Below, in pieces: positions 1 to 14,885 of a DNA stretch of 64,000 bases. How positions within the stretch are numbered: the stretch's first letter is position 1; every line of letters starts with the position of its first letter. The DNA is from the human T2T-CHM13v2.0 reference genome, Homo sapiens: assembly GCF_009914755.1 (NCBI RefSeq), contig NC_060935.1; one strand, written 5' to 3'. The notes under the pieces were generated by a model. The model searched no databases, was not told where the DNA came from, and saw only the letters and a program-made list of their open reading frames with translations. A program made the translations under genes and the position numbers.

Positions 1-185
1 AGAAAGGGGAAGTACTTCACATGAGTCCAAAAAAAAATAGAAAAGAAAAAAAGAGGCCCACTGTATAAGAGACAGGTGGCTTTGAAGCAGCTCATGGGAG
101 GAAGACTGAGACATTGGTACATGATAAAAAGGCTGTGAGTAAACGGGCTTGCTCAGCCATCCATTGCTGTGTAATAAGCCACCCC

Positions 186-890
186 TGATGCCAGCAGCAT
201 TTTTTTTTTTTTTTTCAGAAATTAACAAGCAGATTGTAAATTTTTTTTTTTTTTTTTTGAGACAGAGTCTCACTCTGTTGCCCAGGCTGGAGTGCAGTGG
301 CACAATCTTGGCTCACTGCAACCTCCGCCTCCTGGGTTTAAGTGATTCTCCTGCCTCAGCCTCCTGAGTAGCTGGGACTACAGGCATGCACCATCACACC
401 CAGCTAATTTTTTTGTGTGTTTTTAGCAGAGATGGGGATTTGCCATTTTTGTCCAGGCTGGTCTTGAACTCCTGACCTCAAGTGATCTGCCCACCTCGGC
501 CTCCCAAGTGCTGGGATTACTGGTGTGAGCCACCACGCCTGGCCCAGATTGTAAAACTTATATTTATATGGAAATACAAAATCCAAAACAAGATGTCTCT
601 TTAAATGACAAACTTGGAGTACTCATGCTTCTGGGTTTCAAAACTTATGGTAAAGCCACAGTTATGAAGGCAGCATGGTACTGGGATGGGGAAAATAATA
701 TAGATCAGTGGGACAAAATTGAGAGTCCAAAAATAAATCCTTGTGCTTGCAGTCTACTGATTTTGACAAAGGTGCCAAGGCAATTCACTGGGGAAAGAAT
801 AGTCTGTTTAATAAATGGTCCTGGGACAACTGAATATGCACAAAAATGAACTCACACCCTTGCACCATATACAAACAGAACTCAACAGAT
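186..890 (+). mobile_element. Old L1 (L1M) ORF2 3' fragment, interrupted by an Alu
   Basis: ORF 568-849 reads FKTYGKATVMKAAWYW...IDQWDKIESPKINP, matching the L1 ORF2 motif [16 protein letters not shown]...IDQWNRTE. Confidence 0.85.
241..544 (-). mobile_element. AluS-type SINE, full length
   Basis: Poly-T 241-258 followed by Alu reverse complement; 11-bp TSD CAGATTGTAAA at 230-240 and 545-555. Confidence 0.95.
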
Positions 891-1124
891 TGCTCCACGT
901 CACATGAATGGGGATGTCCTTTTCCATAGGCTCCAATGGAGTAGAATTAAAACCAACAGATGGAAACCATGGGATAAAAAAGATTGAGAGACAAGGCAAG
1001 GAAGAACTTCCTCATCAAATAAGGAGGTGTTAAAATCTTCATACATCAGAAAATTTGAGAACGGGCAGAAGTACCCTTTGGCAGTGATATAACCAAAAGT
1101 AATAAAGCGTCCCATTCAGAACTC

Positions 1125-1405
1125 ACTAAGTGTGTTGCTGAAAGCTCTTATATATTTGCTGCTTTTGGCCCATTGGACCTATCAATTGTGAACAATGGTA
1201 TGTAGAAATCTCCCACTATGAAAGTGGATTTATCGATTTCTTGCTGTAGCTCTATCAATTTTTATGTCATAGATTTTGAAGAACTTTTATTAAATGGATA
1301 CACATCCTTTTAATAAACTGAACACTTTTTTACCAGGTAATGATCCTCTTCATCCTTAGAAATGCCTTAAAGTCTTAAATCCTCTCATTTTCAACCTTTG
1401 CATGT
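1125..1405 (-). mobile_element. Old L1 (L1M/L1ME) endonuclease-region fragment
   Basis: AAATCTCCCACTATGAAAGTGGATTTATCGATTTCTTG resembles antisense L1 ORF2 EN sequence. Confidence 0.7.
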
Positions 1406-2194
1406 TACCTTATATACAGGCAACTTCCATTTAGGTTCAACAATTTGTTCCTGACTATCAGGCATCCTACACAAAAACAAAAATCAGAAGCACAATCTGC
1501 ATTATTTTGTTTTTTCAATAATATACTACACATCAACCAAAACTAGCTGATCTATTTCCTAAAATATAAATATGCACAATAAAATGCCTATATGCCAGTA
1601 ACAAACTTGTTAGATTAAAAAATATTTAAAACATCCCTTCTCAATCATCAAAACTCAACATGGTTATTAACAAAACGTTTCCTCATTCGCAGTAATATCT
1701 CCCCTCCATTTGATCATTTTTCTTATTCATTTTGCTTCCTATTCCACGATTTCCTTCAACATTTTCTCAACTTTCCTGGGGACTTATCTTGCAACACTAA
1801 GCTAAATATGAAATACACTGGAGAAACATGTTCACTTGAAGCGTACAATGGCAGAGAATTACTCAGCTAAGTCTAACTCTGAGATGCCTTTCAGCAACAT
1901 CCAAAATGAATGTTCTTCTTGCTACCACTTGTCAAGATTTTCAAAATCCCTACACATGACTCCACCAATTGTATTAAGAAAAAAACTTCTTATTTTTATT
2001 AAAATCATTTTACAAGGAATTTAGTTGAATTTGATGGGTATAAATATAAAATTTCTCCATAAAATATTGAATGAAAAATGTTGTGCTAGGAGGTATGTAT
2101 GTTATATAAAGTTTGGCTAATAAGAGAACTCTCCACCAGAAATATTCGAACTGGTGAAAAAAATCTGCAACTATACCTGTATGTGGATGTTTCC

Positions 2195-2720
2195 TGCTCC
2201 AATCTATCAATATTTGTTTTATAAATGATGAGTTTAGTCTATTCACATTTATTGTTATATTTATATATTTGAACCTATTTCCACCACATAATTTACTTTT
2301 TTGGCTTATTCCACATTTTTCTGAATTTATCCATCTATTCTTACTTTTCTAAAAATATTATTTTCCTCTAACCAAATAGAACTTACATTCTTTGATATTC
2401 TCTCGACACCCATCATATTTCTATTACTCAACATATTTAATTCTACATCACCATGAATAAATTTCTCCTTTTTTAAAGACAATACACTTCGGTATTTTAT
2501 TACCTTTGCTTTTTTTACACTGATAAAATATTCTGGATTATTCTCTTTAGTATTTAAATATTTTATCCGAAACTATTTTCAATAAGTGTCTCTCTGTGAC
2601 AAACATCTGAGAATATTTTTATTATGTCCTCATATTTTAGTAGCAATTTGTCTGAATATAACTAGAATAAAAATTCAAACACTTTAAAAATATATTATTT
2701 CACACTTCTATTTTCCTATC
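2195..2720 (-). mobile_element. Old L1 fragment, apparent continuation of 1125-1405
   Basis: CCAATCT...TTTAGTCTATTCACATTTATTGTTAT is typical antisense L1M ORF2-start/inter-ORF sequence. Confidence 0.6.
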
Positions 2721-2729
2721 AAAGAGATA

Positions 2730-5160
2730 GTGATCAGGAAAGAATGACTACCCCACTTCACAACAACAACAAATAAAGAGAAACGATCAGGTTTGTGATT
2801 TGGACCAACTGGAGTGCTGAGCTCACAGAGAAACCAACAGGTCCTAAATCTAAGGAGAGACGTGCCTACAGGAGAGATATGAGGCATAAACTAGTTTATC
2901 TTAACAAGAGGCATTCGGACAGTAGTAAGGAGAATTCAGCTAGAGGAATTGGCAAGTTGATGGAGGATAAGAGGGCACTGGTGATAGATCATTAAGCCTG
3001 TAGATGGTGCAAGAACTGGGGGAGTCCACACTCAAGTCTCTTACAAACCCTACTGGGCACACACAGAAAAGATTGAGAGACTCCTGAGAGCCTCCCTTAT
3101 TCTCTTCCCCCTTTCTGGAACAAAAGCCTTAACTGGTGGGGCCACAAATATTGTCACCCTCAGGGCACTGGTGAAGACCCATTGTAACTGGAGAAAGGTA
3201 ACAGGAAAAAAACATTCCTCCACCCCTAGCTGAAGAGAACCACATTGGGGAAGAGATCCAGCATGAAAAAGGCCAGTCCTTGAGGCCCAGGGACACAGTG
3301 CCTGCCAAAGATGGAAGCTCAATCAGAACAAAAGAGTGTCTCCCTCATTGCCATGGCTAGGCTAGCAAGCATGGAATAAAACTTGCAGGAGACACAGCTT
3401 CTCTTCAGTGCAAGGCACAGTGAAGACCTTAGGCTCGAGGGTGAAGCATGCATTGAAAATACTCTCATGGAAAACCAGCCTCTACCCTAAACACACGACA
3501 TTGCTAGGGAAATATGAAGTCCATAACTCACTAAGCATAGCCCTAACAAAAACCTCAAATCCAGCCCAACTCCTAGTTATATTTATTCAAACAACCATTC
3601 TAAAGGCTTAGCAGAAAGAAAAATATCTCTCTTTTTCAGGCAAGAAAAATATTTACCTCAATGTCTAATGTCTTTCACAAGATGTCTGTCTTTCAACAAA
3701 AAATTACAACACATGCAAAGAGGCAAGAAAAAACAACACACTGCCCTCTCCTGAAGAAAAAATAACCATCAGAACCAGACTCTGGTATGACACATATGTG
3801 GGGACTATGCAACAGTGAATTTTAAATAAGTATAAGGACTTTAAAGAAAAAGGCAAACCAGGTGCAAGACTTAGTGGATAATATCAGCAGAGAAATAAAG
3901 CTATTAAAAAAACAAAATGAAAATGCTGGAAATGAAAAATGTAGTAACAGACATGAAAAATGCATTTAGCTGGCTTATCAACAATGTCAACAAGCTAAAG
4001 AAGCAAGGAAGTTGAGGATCTCAAAAATTACTCAAACTGAAGCACATAGACAAAATACAAAGAGAAAAACAGAACAGGAAATCCAAGAGTTGTGAAACAA
4101 ATCAAATGGCCTAATAAACAGGCAATTGTAATGGCAGAAGGAAAAGAAAGCAATAATGGGGCAGTTGAAATATATGAAGAAATAATCATCAAGGATTTTC
4201 CAAGATTAATGACAGATGCCAAACCACCAATCTAAGAAACTCAGAGAATACCAAGCAGAATAAATGCCAAGACAAACAAGGAAACAAACAAAAAGTACAT
4301 CTATTCATAGAGTAGTCAAATGGTGAAAGCAAAAGACAAAGAGAAAATATTGAAGGCAGCCAGAGAAAAAAAGACTCATTATATAGAAGAATAAAGATAA
4401 AAATTATATCACATTTTCCTTAAGATATTATGAAAGGTAGAAAACAATGGAGTAACATTTTCAAAGTGCTGAAAGAAATAAAAATTGTCAACCAAATGAA
4501 AATGTCTTTCAAAAATAAAAGGGAAATACTTTGCCTGACAAACAAAAACAGGAAATTCACCACCAGCAGATCTACATTGCAGGAGATATTAAAGGATGTT
4601 TTTCAATCAAAAAGAATATAACGCAGGACAGAAACTTGGATCTACACAAAGAAATAAAAGGTCAAGAAATGGAATATGTAAAAGTAAAATACTATTAAGA
4701 GAACTTAAATTTTTCCATTTTTATTTATTCTAAAAGATAACCAATGGTCTAAAGCAAAAATAGTAGCAATGTATTGAATGTTTATACCATGTGCTATATA
4801 GCATAAAAATGGGAAGAAGAAACCAGGAATACATGACTGTAAGGTTTTTAGTCTACACATGAAGTAGTATAATTTTATTTAAGGGTACACTCTGGTTATA
4901 CCCCATAAGTATACAGGAAAAGTGGGAAAAAATGAAAAATAGATGGAACACATAGAAAAATACTAACAAGGTAGTAAAATTAAGGGCAAATATATCAATA
5001 ATCATGTTACATGTGAATAGTACAATGGTATAACATATCAGTTAAAAGACAGACATTACCAGCTTGGATTACAGAAAGAGAGTGGGGTAGCACTAAACAA
5101 TATGCTATCTGCAAGAACCCACAGCACATATAAAGACAAAGATAGATTAAAAATTAAAAG
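2730..5160 (+). mobile_element. Old L1M 5'UTR, ORF1 and start of ORF2 (outer element of the nested stack)
   Basis: ORF1-like peptide RKQWSNIFKVLKE...KFTTSRSTLQEILKDVFQ (4430-4621). Breaks at AAAGACAAAGATAGATTAAAAATTAAAAG and resumes at about 17540 and 18390. Confidence 0.85.
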
Positions 5161-5223
5161 TATGAGATTTCTGCTTCAGGGAAGATGAAGTAAATATACT
5201 TTCCCCATTCCTCCAGCTAAGCA

Positions 5224-5522
5224 CAGTCATCCCTCAGTGTCTGCGGAAGATTGACTCCATGATCCCAGAGATATCAAAGTTCTTGTATACTCAAGTCTCT
5301 TATACAAAATGGTATAATATTTGCATATAATATACTCACATACTTTAAGTTATCTCTAGGTTACTTATAATACCTGATACATTGTAAATGCTGTGTAAAT
5401 AGTTGTTAACTGTATTTTTATTTTTACTAATTTATATTGTGTTGTTAATTTTTTTCTAATTTTTTTAGCTGTGGTTGTCTGAATCTATGGATGTGGAACC
5501 TGTGGATATGGGGAGCTGACTG
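5224..5522 (+). mobile_element. MER2 (TcMar-Tigger non-autonomous DNA transposon)
   Basis: Termini CAGTCATCCCTCAG... and ...GGGAGCTGACTG followed by TA; internal TTATCTCTAGGTTACTTATAATACC matches MER2. Confidence 0.85.
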
Positions 5523-5839
5523 TATAATTAAATATCCTGGAGTTATATACAAAGCAAACAGAAGAAAACTGAAAGGTGTAAAGAGAAGAAGGAAGACCTT
5601 TAGATACCTTATGTCCTAAAGAATAACACAATGATGAGTTCCCAGTGTATTCCTTTTGTCTCATACAGGCATACTTCATTTTATTGTGCTACACTTTCTG
5701 AAACTTTCTAGATATTGTTTTTTTTTTAACTGAGGGTTTATGGCAACAGTGCCTTAAGCAAGTCCATTTTTCCAACAGCATGTGCTCATTTCATGTTTCT
5801 GTGCCACATTTTGGTAATTCTCACAATAACTCAAACTTT

Positions 5840-5876
5840 TATTACTACTATTATTATTATTATTATTATTATTATT
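5840..5876. repeat. (TTA)n microsatellite
   Basis: TATTACTACTATTATTATTATTATTATTATTATTATT. Confidence 0.9.
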
Positions 5877-6617
5877 TTAATAATAATTCAAAGCAAAGCT
5901 CTAACTCTTCAATTCTTTGTAGGCCGAGAGAGGTGAGGAAGCTGCAGAAGAAAAGTTAGAAGGTAGCACATGTTGGTACATGAGGGTTAAGGAAAGGTGC
6001 TGTCTCTCTCTCCATAGCACAAAAGTGCAAGGTGAAGCAACAAGTGCTGACATAGAAGCTACAGCAAGTTATCCAGAAGATCTAGCTAAGACAAGTTATG
6101 AAGGTGGCTACACTAAACAACAGATTTTCAGTGGAGGTAAAACAACTTTATATTAGAAAAAGATGCCAACTAGAAATTTTATAGCTAGAGAGGAAAAGTC
6201 CATGCCTGGCTTCTAAGCTTCAAAGGACAGGCTGACTCTCTTGTTAGGGGCTAATGAGGCTGGTGACTTCAAGTTGAAGCCAATTCTCAATTACCATTCT
6301 GAAAATCCTAAATTTACTCTGTCTGTGCTCTACAAATGGAACAACAAAGCATGGATGATAACATTTTTGTTTAAAGCATGGTTTGCTGAATAATTTAAGC
6401 CCACAGTTGAGACCTACTGCTCAGGAAAAAAAAAAAAAATTCCTTCCAAGATATTTCTGCTTACTGACAATGCACCTAGTCACCTAAGAGCTCTGATGGA
6501 GATGTACAAGGAGATTAATACTGCTTTCATGTCTGCTAACACAACATCCATTTTACAGTCCATGGATCAAAGAGTAATTTCAACTTATAAGTCTTATTAT
6601 TTAAGAAATATATTTTA

Positions 6618-6857
<240 letters not shown>

Positions 6858-8456
6858 TCACAATTTTAGAACCATTAAGAACATTTTTGATTCATGGAAA
6901 GAGGTCAAAATATCAACATTAACACAAGTTTGGAAGAAGTTGATTCCAACCCTCACGGATGACATCCTCCAAGACTTCAGGAGAGGAAGTCACTGCAGAT
7001 GTGGTAGAAATGGCAAGAGAATTAGAATTAGAAGTGGAGGTGAAGATGTGACTGAAATGCTGCAATCTCATGATAAAACTTGAAGAGATGAGGAGTTGCT
7101 TTCTGTCAATGAGCAAAGAAAGTGATTTCTTGAGATGGAATCTGCTCCTGGTGAAAATACTGTAAGCATTGTCGAAATGACAACAAAAGATTTAGAATAT
7201 TGCATACATTTAGTTGATACAGTGGCAGGGTTTGAGAGGATTGACTTTAATTTTGAAAGAAGTTCTACAGGGGTCAAATGCTATTAAGCAGCATTGCATA
7301 CTACAGGAAAGTCTTTCATAAAAAGAAGAATCAATTGATGAGGCAAACTTCATTGTTGTCTTACTTTTTAAATTACCACAGCCACCCCAACCTTCAGAAA
7401 CCACCACCTGGGTCAGCCAGCAGCCACCAACAACAAGGCAAGGTCCTCCTCCAGCAAAAACATTATGACATGCTGAAGGCTCAGATGATCGGTTGCATTT
7501 TCTATCAACAACGTGTTTTTTAATTAAGGTTCCTACTTTGTTTTTTAGACACAATGCTATTGAACACTTAATAAACTATAATATAGCATAAAGATAATTT
7601 TTACATGCCCTCAGAAGCCAAAAAGTTGTGTAACTTGGTTTATTGAAATATTTGCTTTACCGCAATGGTGTAGAACTGAACCCACAATATCTTACAGGTA
7701 TGCCTGTGTAGTTCAGACTCGGGGTTGAAGAAACTGGCAACCCAGAGACACCAAAGATAAAATAAGCCCAAACAAAAGCCCTCTCTCTATAAACAAAGGA
7801 GCAGGAAAGAGGTAGCAAGACAGAAAATTTTGAACAACAATCACTCTGTTGCAAACAAACATCACTGGGAAGCCTATAGCTGCATTCACACAAATGCTAA
7901 CAAAAGTCAACTGAGGAGCCTAGACTTCCACCCTCACCAGGCTGTACAAGGGACTTCAACTTCCCTGCTGAGGTGGTATCAGGAAAGGCCAAGTAGGGAG
8001 CCAGAACTTCATTTCCATCAGCCAGTAAGAAAACCTCCCTCACCCACACACCTCCAGTGGAGACCATATAGACAGCCTGGACTTCTACTCTAACCCATCA
8101 GTAGCAAGGCATTTCTCCACCTTCCTGCTGGGGTGGTGTCAGAGGAAGCCTAGTGGAACATCAGGACCTCACTATCACTCAGAATTAACAAGACCATCTC
8201 CACTGCACTGTCAGTGGAGAGCACACTGGGAGCCAGAACTCCCAACCTCACCCAGCAGTAAAGAACAGCTCCTGCCTTGGGTGCCAATAGAGGCTGACTG
8301 GAGAACCTGGACTTCTGCTTCCCCCTGTCAGTAATAAGGTAGAAATGCTCCCTTTCCCTTTTAAAGCAGTGTCAGCAAAAGCCAGCTAAAAGAGATTTAA
8401 ATATGATCCAGAGTCTCATAATATCATATGAAAAAATTTCAATTAAAAATCACTAG

Positions 8457-10886
<2,430 letters not shown>

Positions 10887-11069
10887 AAAAATCACTAGTC
10901 ATACCATGAACCAGGGAAATCTCCACTGAGTTTAGGAAAAAAAAAAAAGATGATCAATAGATGCCAACATTGAGATGACAGAGATGTTAGAATTATCTGA
11001 CTTAGATTTTAGAGCAGAAATAATAGAAAATGCTTTGACATGCAATTACAAACATGCTTTAAATGAATT

Positions 11070-11425
11070 GGTCTCATAGAGATGATGAATAGAATGGTGG
11101 TTACCAAAATCTAGGAAAGGTAGTAAAGAGATGGGGATAAAGAGGGGTTGGTTAATGGATACAAAAATTCAGCTGGAAGTCATAAGATCTAGTGTTCAAT
11201 ATCACAATAGGGCAACTATAGTTAATAATAACTTATTACGTATTTCAAAATAGCTAGAAGAGTAGATTTGGAATATTCTCAACACAAAGAAAAAACAAAT
11301 GTTTGAGGTGGTGAAAATCCCAATTGTCTAGATTTCATCATTACACATTGCATGCTTATATCAAAATATCACATGTAGTCCATAAACTGTTAGGTATCCA
11401 TATAAATTAAAAATTAAAATAAATA
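11070..11425 (+). mobile_element. L1MA 3' end fragment
   Basis: TAGAATGGTGGTTACC...TATTTCAAAATAGCTAGAAGAG...ATCAAAATATCACATGTA. Confidence 0.8.
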
Positions 11426-14283
11426 CACAAATAATTTAAAGTTTGAAAAAATTAAGGCTAAAAGTACTCAAATAAATAGTAGCTGAAAACTTCTCAAACC
11501 TGGCAAGAGACATAAACCTACAGATTCAAAAAACTGAGCAAACCAAACAGTCTAAATACAAAGTATTATAAACTAAAATATGTCATAATTAAGTTTTTTT
11601 TAAAAAGACAAAGAAAATTTTTGAAAAAATGACACCATAACTATGTGAATAACCACAACTTAAATAATAGTGGATTTATCATCAGAAACCCTGAAAGAAA
11701 AAATGAAGTGGTACTTTCATTTAACACTTAATATTTCAAGAGTTATTTAACACTTAAAATTTAACACTTAATACCCAGTAAAAATATTTTTTAGGAATGA
11801 AGATATCAAGACACCCTCAGATGTAGAAAACCTAGGAGAAACTTGTCAAACGATCTACCCTAAAAGAACAGCTAACAAAAGTTTTCTAAACCACAAAGAA
11901 ATGATAAAAGAAAGAAACTTGGAAGACCAAAAAGGAAGAAAGAACATGGTAAGAAACACATGGTTAAATAAAACAGGTTTTCTTTCTCTTGAGTTTTCTT
12001 AATTATGTTTGATAGTTGAAGGAAAAATTATCACACAACTGATGTCATTCTAAATATACACAGAAGAAATACTGAGACAGTTGTACTATAAATGAGGAAG
12101 GAAAAGAGACATAAAAGGAAGTAAAGTCTCTACACTTAATTTGAATAATGAAATGGCAACACTGGTAGATTGTGATAAATTACATATATATAAAATGTGA
12201 ATTTTTACTCTGAATTGATCATTCCACATTGTATATATGTATCAAAATATTACATGTACCCTCAAAAAGATGTACATCAATAATATACCAATAAGAAATA
12301 CAAGTAAATAAATAATTTTTTAAAAATAAAATGTAAACCATAGAAACACCACTAAAAAGAATATACATTGAAACACACTCAAAAACAGTACAGATAATTC
12401 AAAATAAAATTCCAAAAAATGTTTAAGTAACACAAAAAAAGGTGAGAAAAGAAAACAAATAAATGAAAAATGGGAAAACAAACAGAAAACAAAAAAATAA
12501 AATATTCTTAAGCCCTAACATGTCAATAATTGCATTAAATCTAAATGGTCTAAATACACCAATTCAAAAGAAATTGGCAGAGTGAATTTTTTTTTAATGA
12601 TCCAACTATCCGCAGTTTAAAGGAAACTCACTTAAATGGAGCAACATAGGCAAGTTGAGAGAAAAAGGATGGAAAAAGTTGTATAGTAAAAATGTTAATC
12701 AAAAGATATCAGGAGAGCTATATCAATATTTGGTAGTGTAGACTTAAGCAAAGAAAATTACGAGAGACAGAGAGAGACACTATATATTGATATAAGAATG
12801 AATTTACTAAAAAAAAAAAAAGCAATCTTAAATCTGTATGCACCAAACGACAGAGCTGCAAAATATGTAAAGCAAAACTGATAGAAGTAAAAAGATAAAC
12901 AGACAAATTCACAATTATAGTTGGAGACTTCAACACTCCTTTCTCAACAATTGATAGAACAACTAGAGAGAAGATAAGTAACAATATAGAAGAACTCAAC
13001 AACACCATCAACCAACAGAACCTAATAGAACACTCCACACAACAACAGTAGACTATGTGTTCTTTTCAAATGCCCACAGAACATATACAAACGTAGACCG
13101 TATTCTTTGCCATAAAACAAACCTCAACAAATTTAAAGAAATAAATATCATACAGATTGTGTTCTCCAGTTACAGTGAAATAAAACTAAAAATCAATAAT
13201 AGAAAGAGAACAAGAATGTCTTCAGACATTTGGAAACTAAAAAACACGCTTATAAATAATCCATAGGCCAAAGAGAATGTCTCAAGGGAAATTTTAAAAA
13301 CACATTTAACTAAATGAAAATGAAAATACAACCTATCAAAAATGTGGGGCATAGTTAAAGCAGAGTGAAGAGTGAAATTTATAGCACTAAATGCATTTGT
13401 CAGAGAAGAGGAAAAGTCTCAAATCAATAATCTAAATTACCACCTCATATGAAAAACAGCAAAAATACCCAAAGCAAGTGGGAGAAAGAAAATAATAAAG
13501 ATAAGAGCAGGAACCAATGAAACTGAAAACAGAAAACCAATGAAGAAAATCGATGAAACTAAGAGCTGATTCTTTGAAAATCAATAAAATTGACAGAGAA
13601 GACACAGGTTACCATATCAGGAATGAAATAGTTACATCAACACTGGCCCTGCAGACATCAAAAGGAATAATAAGAATATTATCAATAACTCTACATATAT
13701 AAATGTGACAACTTAGATAAAATGGACCAATTCCTCCAAAAACACAAACTACCCCAATTCACCTAATATGACACAGATAATTTGAATATCCCTATAACTA
13801 TTAATGAAATTGAATTTATAATTTATAGGCTCCCGAAAAAGAAATCTCTAGGACCAGATGGTTTGGACGTTCTACCAAATGTTTAAACAAGAATTAACAC
13901 CAATTCTACACTATCTCTTCCAGAAAATAGAAGATAAGAGAACATATCCCAATTCATTTTATGAAGCTAGTATTACTCTGATACCAAAATCTGGCAAAGA
14001 TGGTACAAAAAATAAAACTACAGACTGATATTCCTCATGAATATGGACACAAAAAAATACTTAACAAAATATTAGCAAATAGGATTTAGCACTATATAAA
14101 AAGAACTATACACCATGTCCAAGTGGGGTTTATTCCAGGGATTCAATATTCAAAATTTCAAAATCCATGCTTTGTTCAATATCTCAAAATCAATAAATGC
14201 AACCCACCATATTAACAGGCTAAAGAGGGAAAATTATATGATCATAGCAATTGATACAGAAAAAGTGTTTATCAAAATTCAAA

Positions 14284-14885
14284 ACTCTGAAACAACCAAG
14301 ATGTGAATAAATGTGAATCAGTAAGTAAATGGCTGAATAAATTGTGTTACATCCAGACAATAGAATACTATTCAGCACCAAAAAGAAATGAACTATCAAG
14401 CCATGAAAAGGCATGGAGAAAACTAGAATGCATATTAGAAACCAATCTGAAAAGGCTACATGTTGTATGACTCTGACTATATGATATTCTAGAAAAGGCA
14501 AAACTATGGAGACAGTAAAAAGATCAGAGGTTTCCAGGGTTTGATGCAGGAAAGAGAGTGAATGAGTGAAACCAAGATGATTTTTAGGGCAATGAAAACA
14601 CTCTGTATAATTCTATAATGATGAATACATGTCATCATGCATTTGTCTAAAGTCATAGAATTTACAATACCAAGAGCAAACCCTAATGTAAATTATGGGC
14701 TTCGGTTCATAGTGATATGTCAATGTAGGTGCATCAGTTGTAACAATGTATCACCCTGATGGGGAATGTTGATAGTCGGGGAGGCTGTGCATATATGGGG
14801 TAGAGGACATATGGGAAATATCTGTAACAGCCTCTCAATTTTGCCATAAAACTAAAGCTGCTCAAAAAGAAAGTCTTCCAAAAAA
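14284..14885 (+). mobile_element. L1MC1/2-like 3' end inserted in the host L1 ORF2
   Basis: GAACTATCAAGCCATGAAAAG...CCAATCTGAAAAGGCTACA; TCAAAATTCAA is repeated on both sides. Confidence 0.75.

Noticed and set aside
149-586. Alu-derived ORFs (also 38185-38511, 50378-50599, 52449-52742)
   Set aside because: LECSGxIxAHCNL-type peptides are standard Alu translations, not genes.
900-1960. Short peptide resemblances to CMAH (DIPIHV, FCPF, IVEP..VYK) and macrodomains (WRGDIT)
   Set aside because: Matches are only 4-6 residues and not colinear, so most likely chance; no gene name assigned.
7900-8350. Imperfect repeats GGGAGCCAGAACT / CCTGGACTTC
   Set aside because: Explained as the repetitive 5'UTR of the old L1 element.
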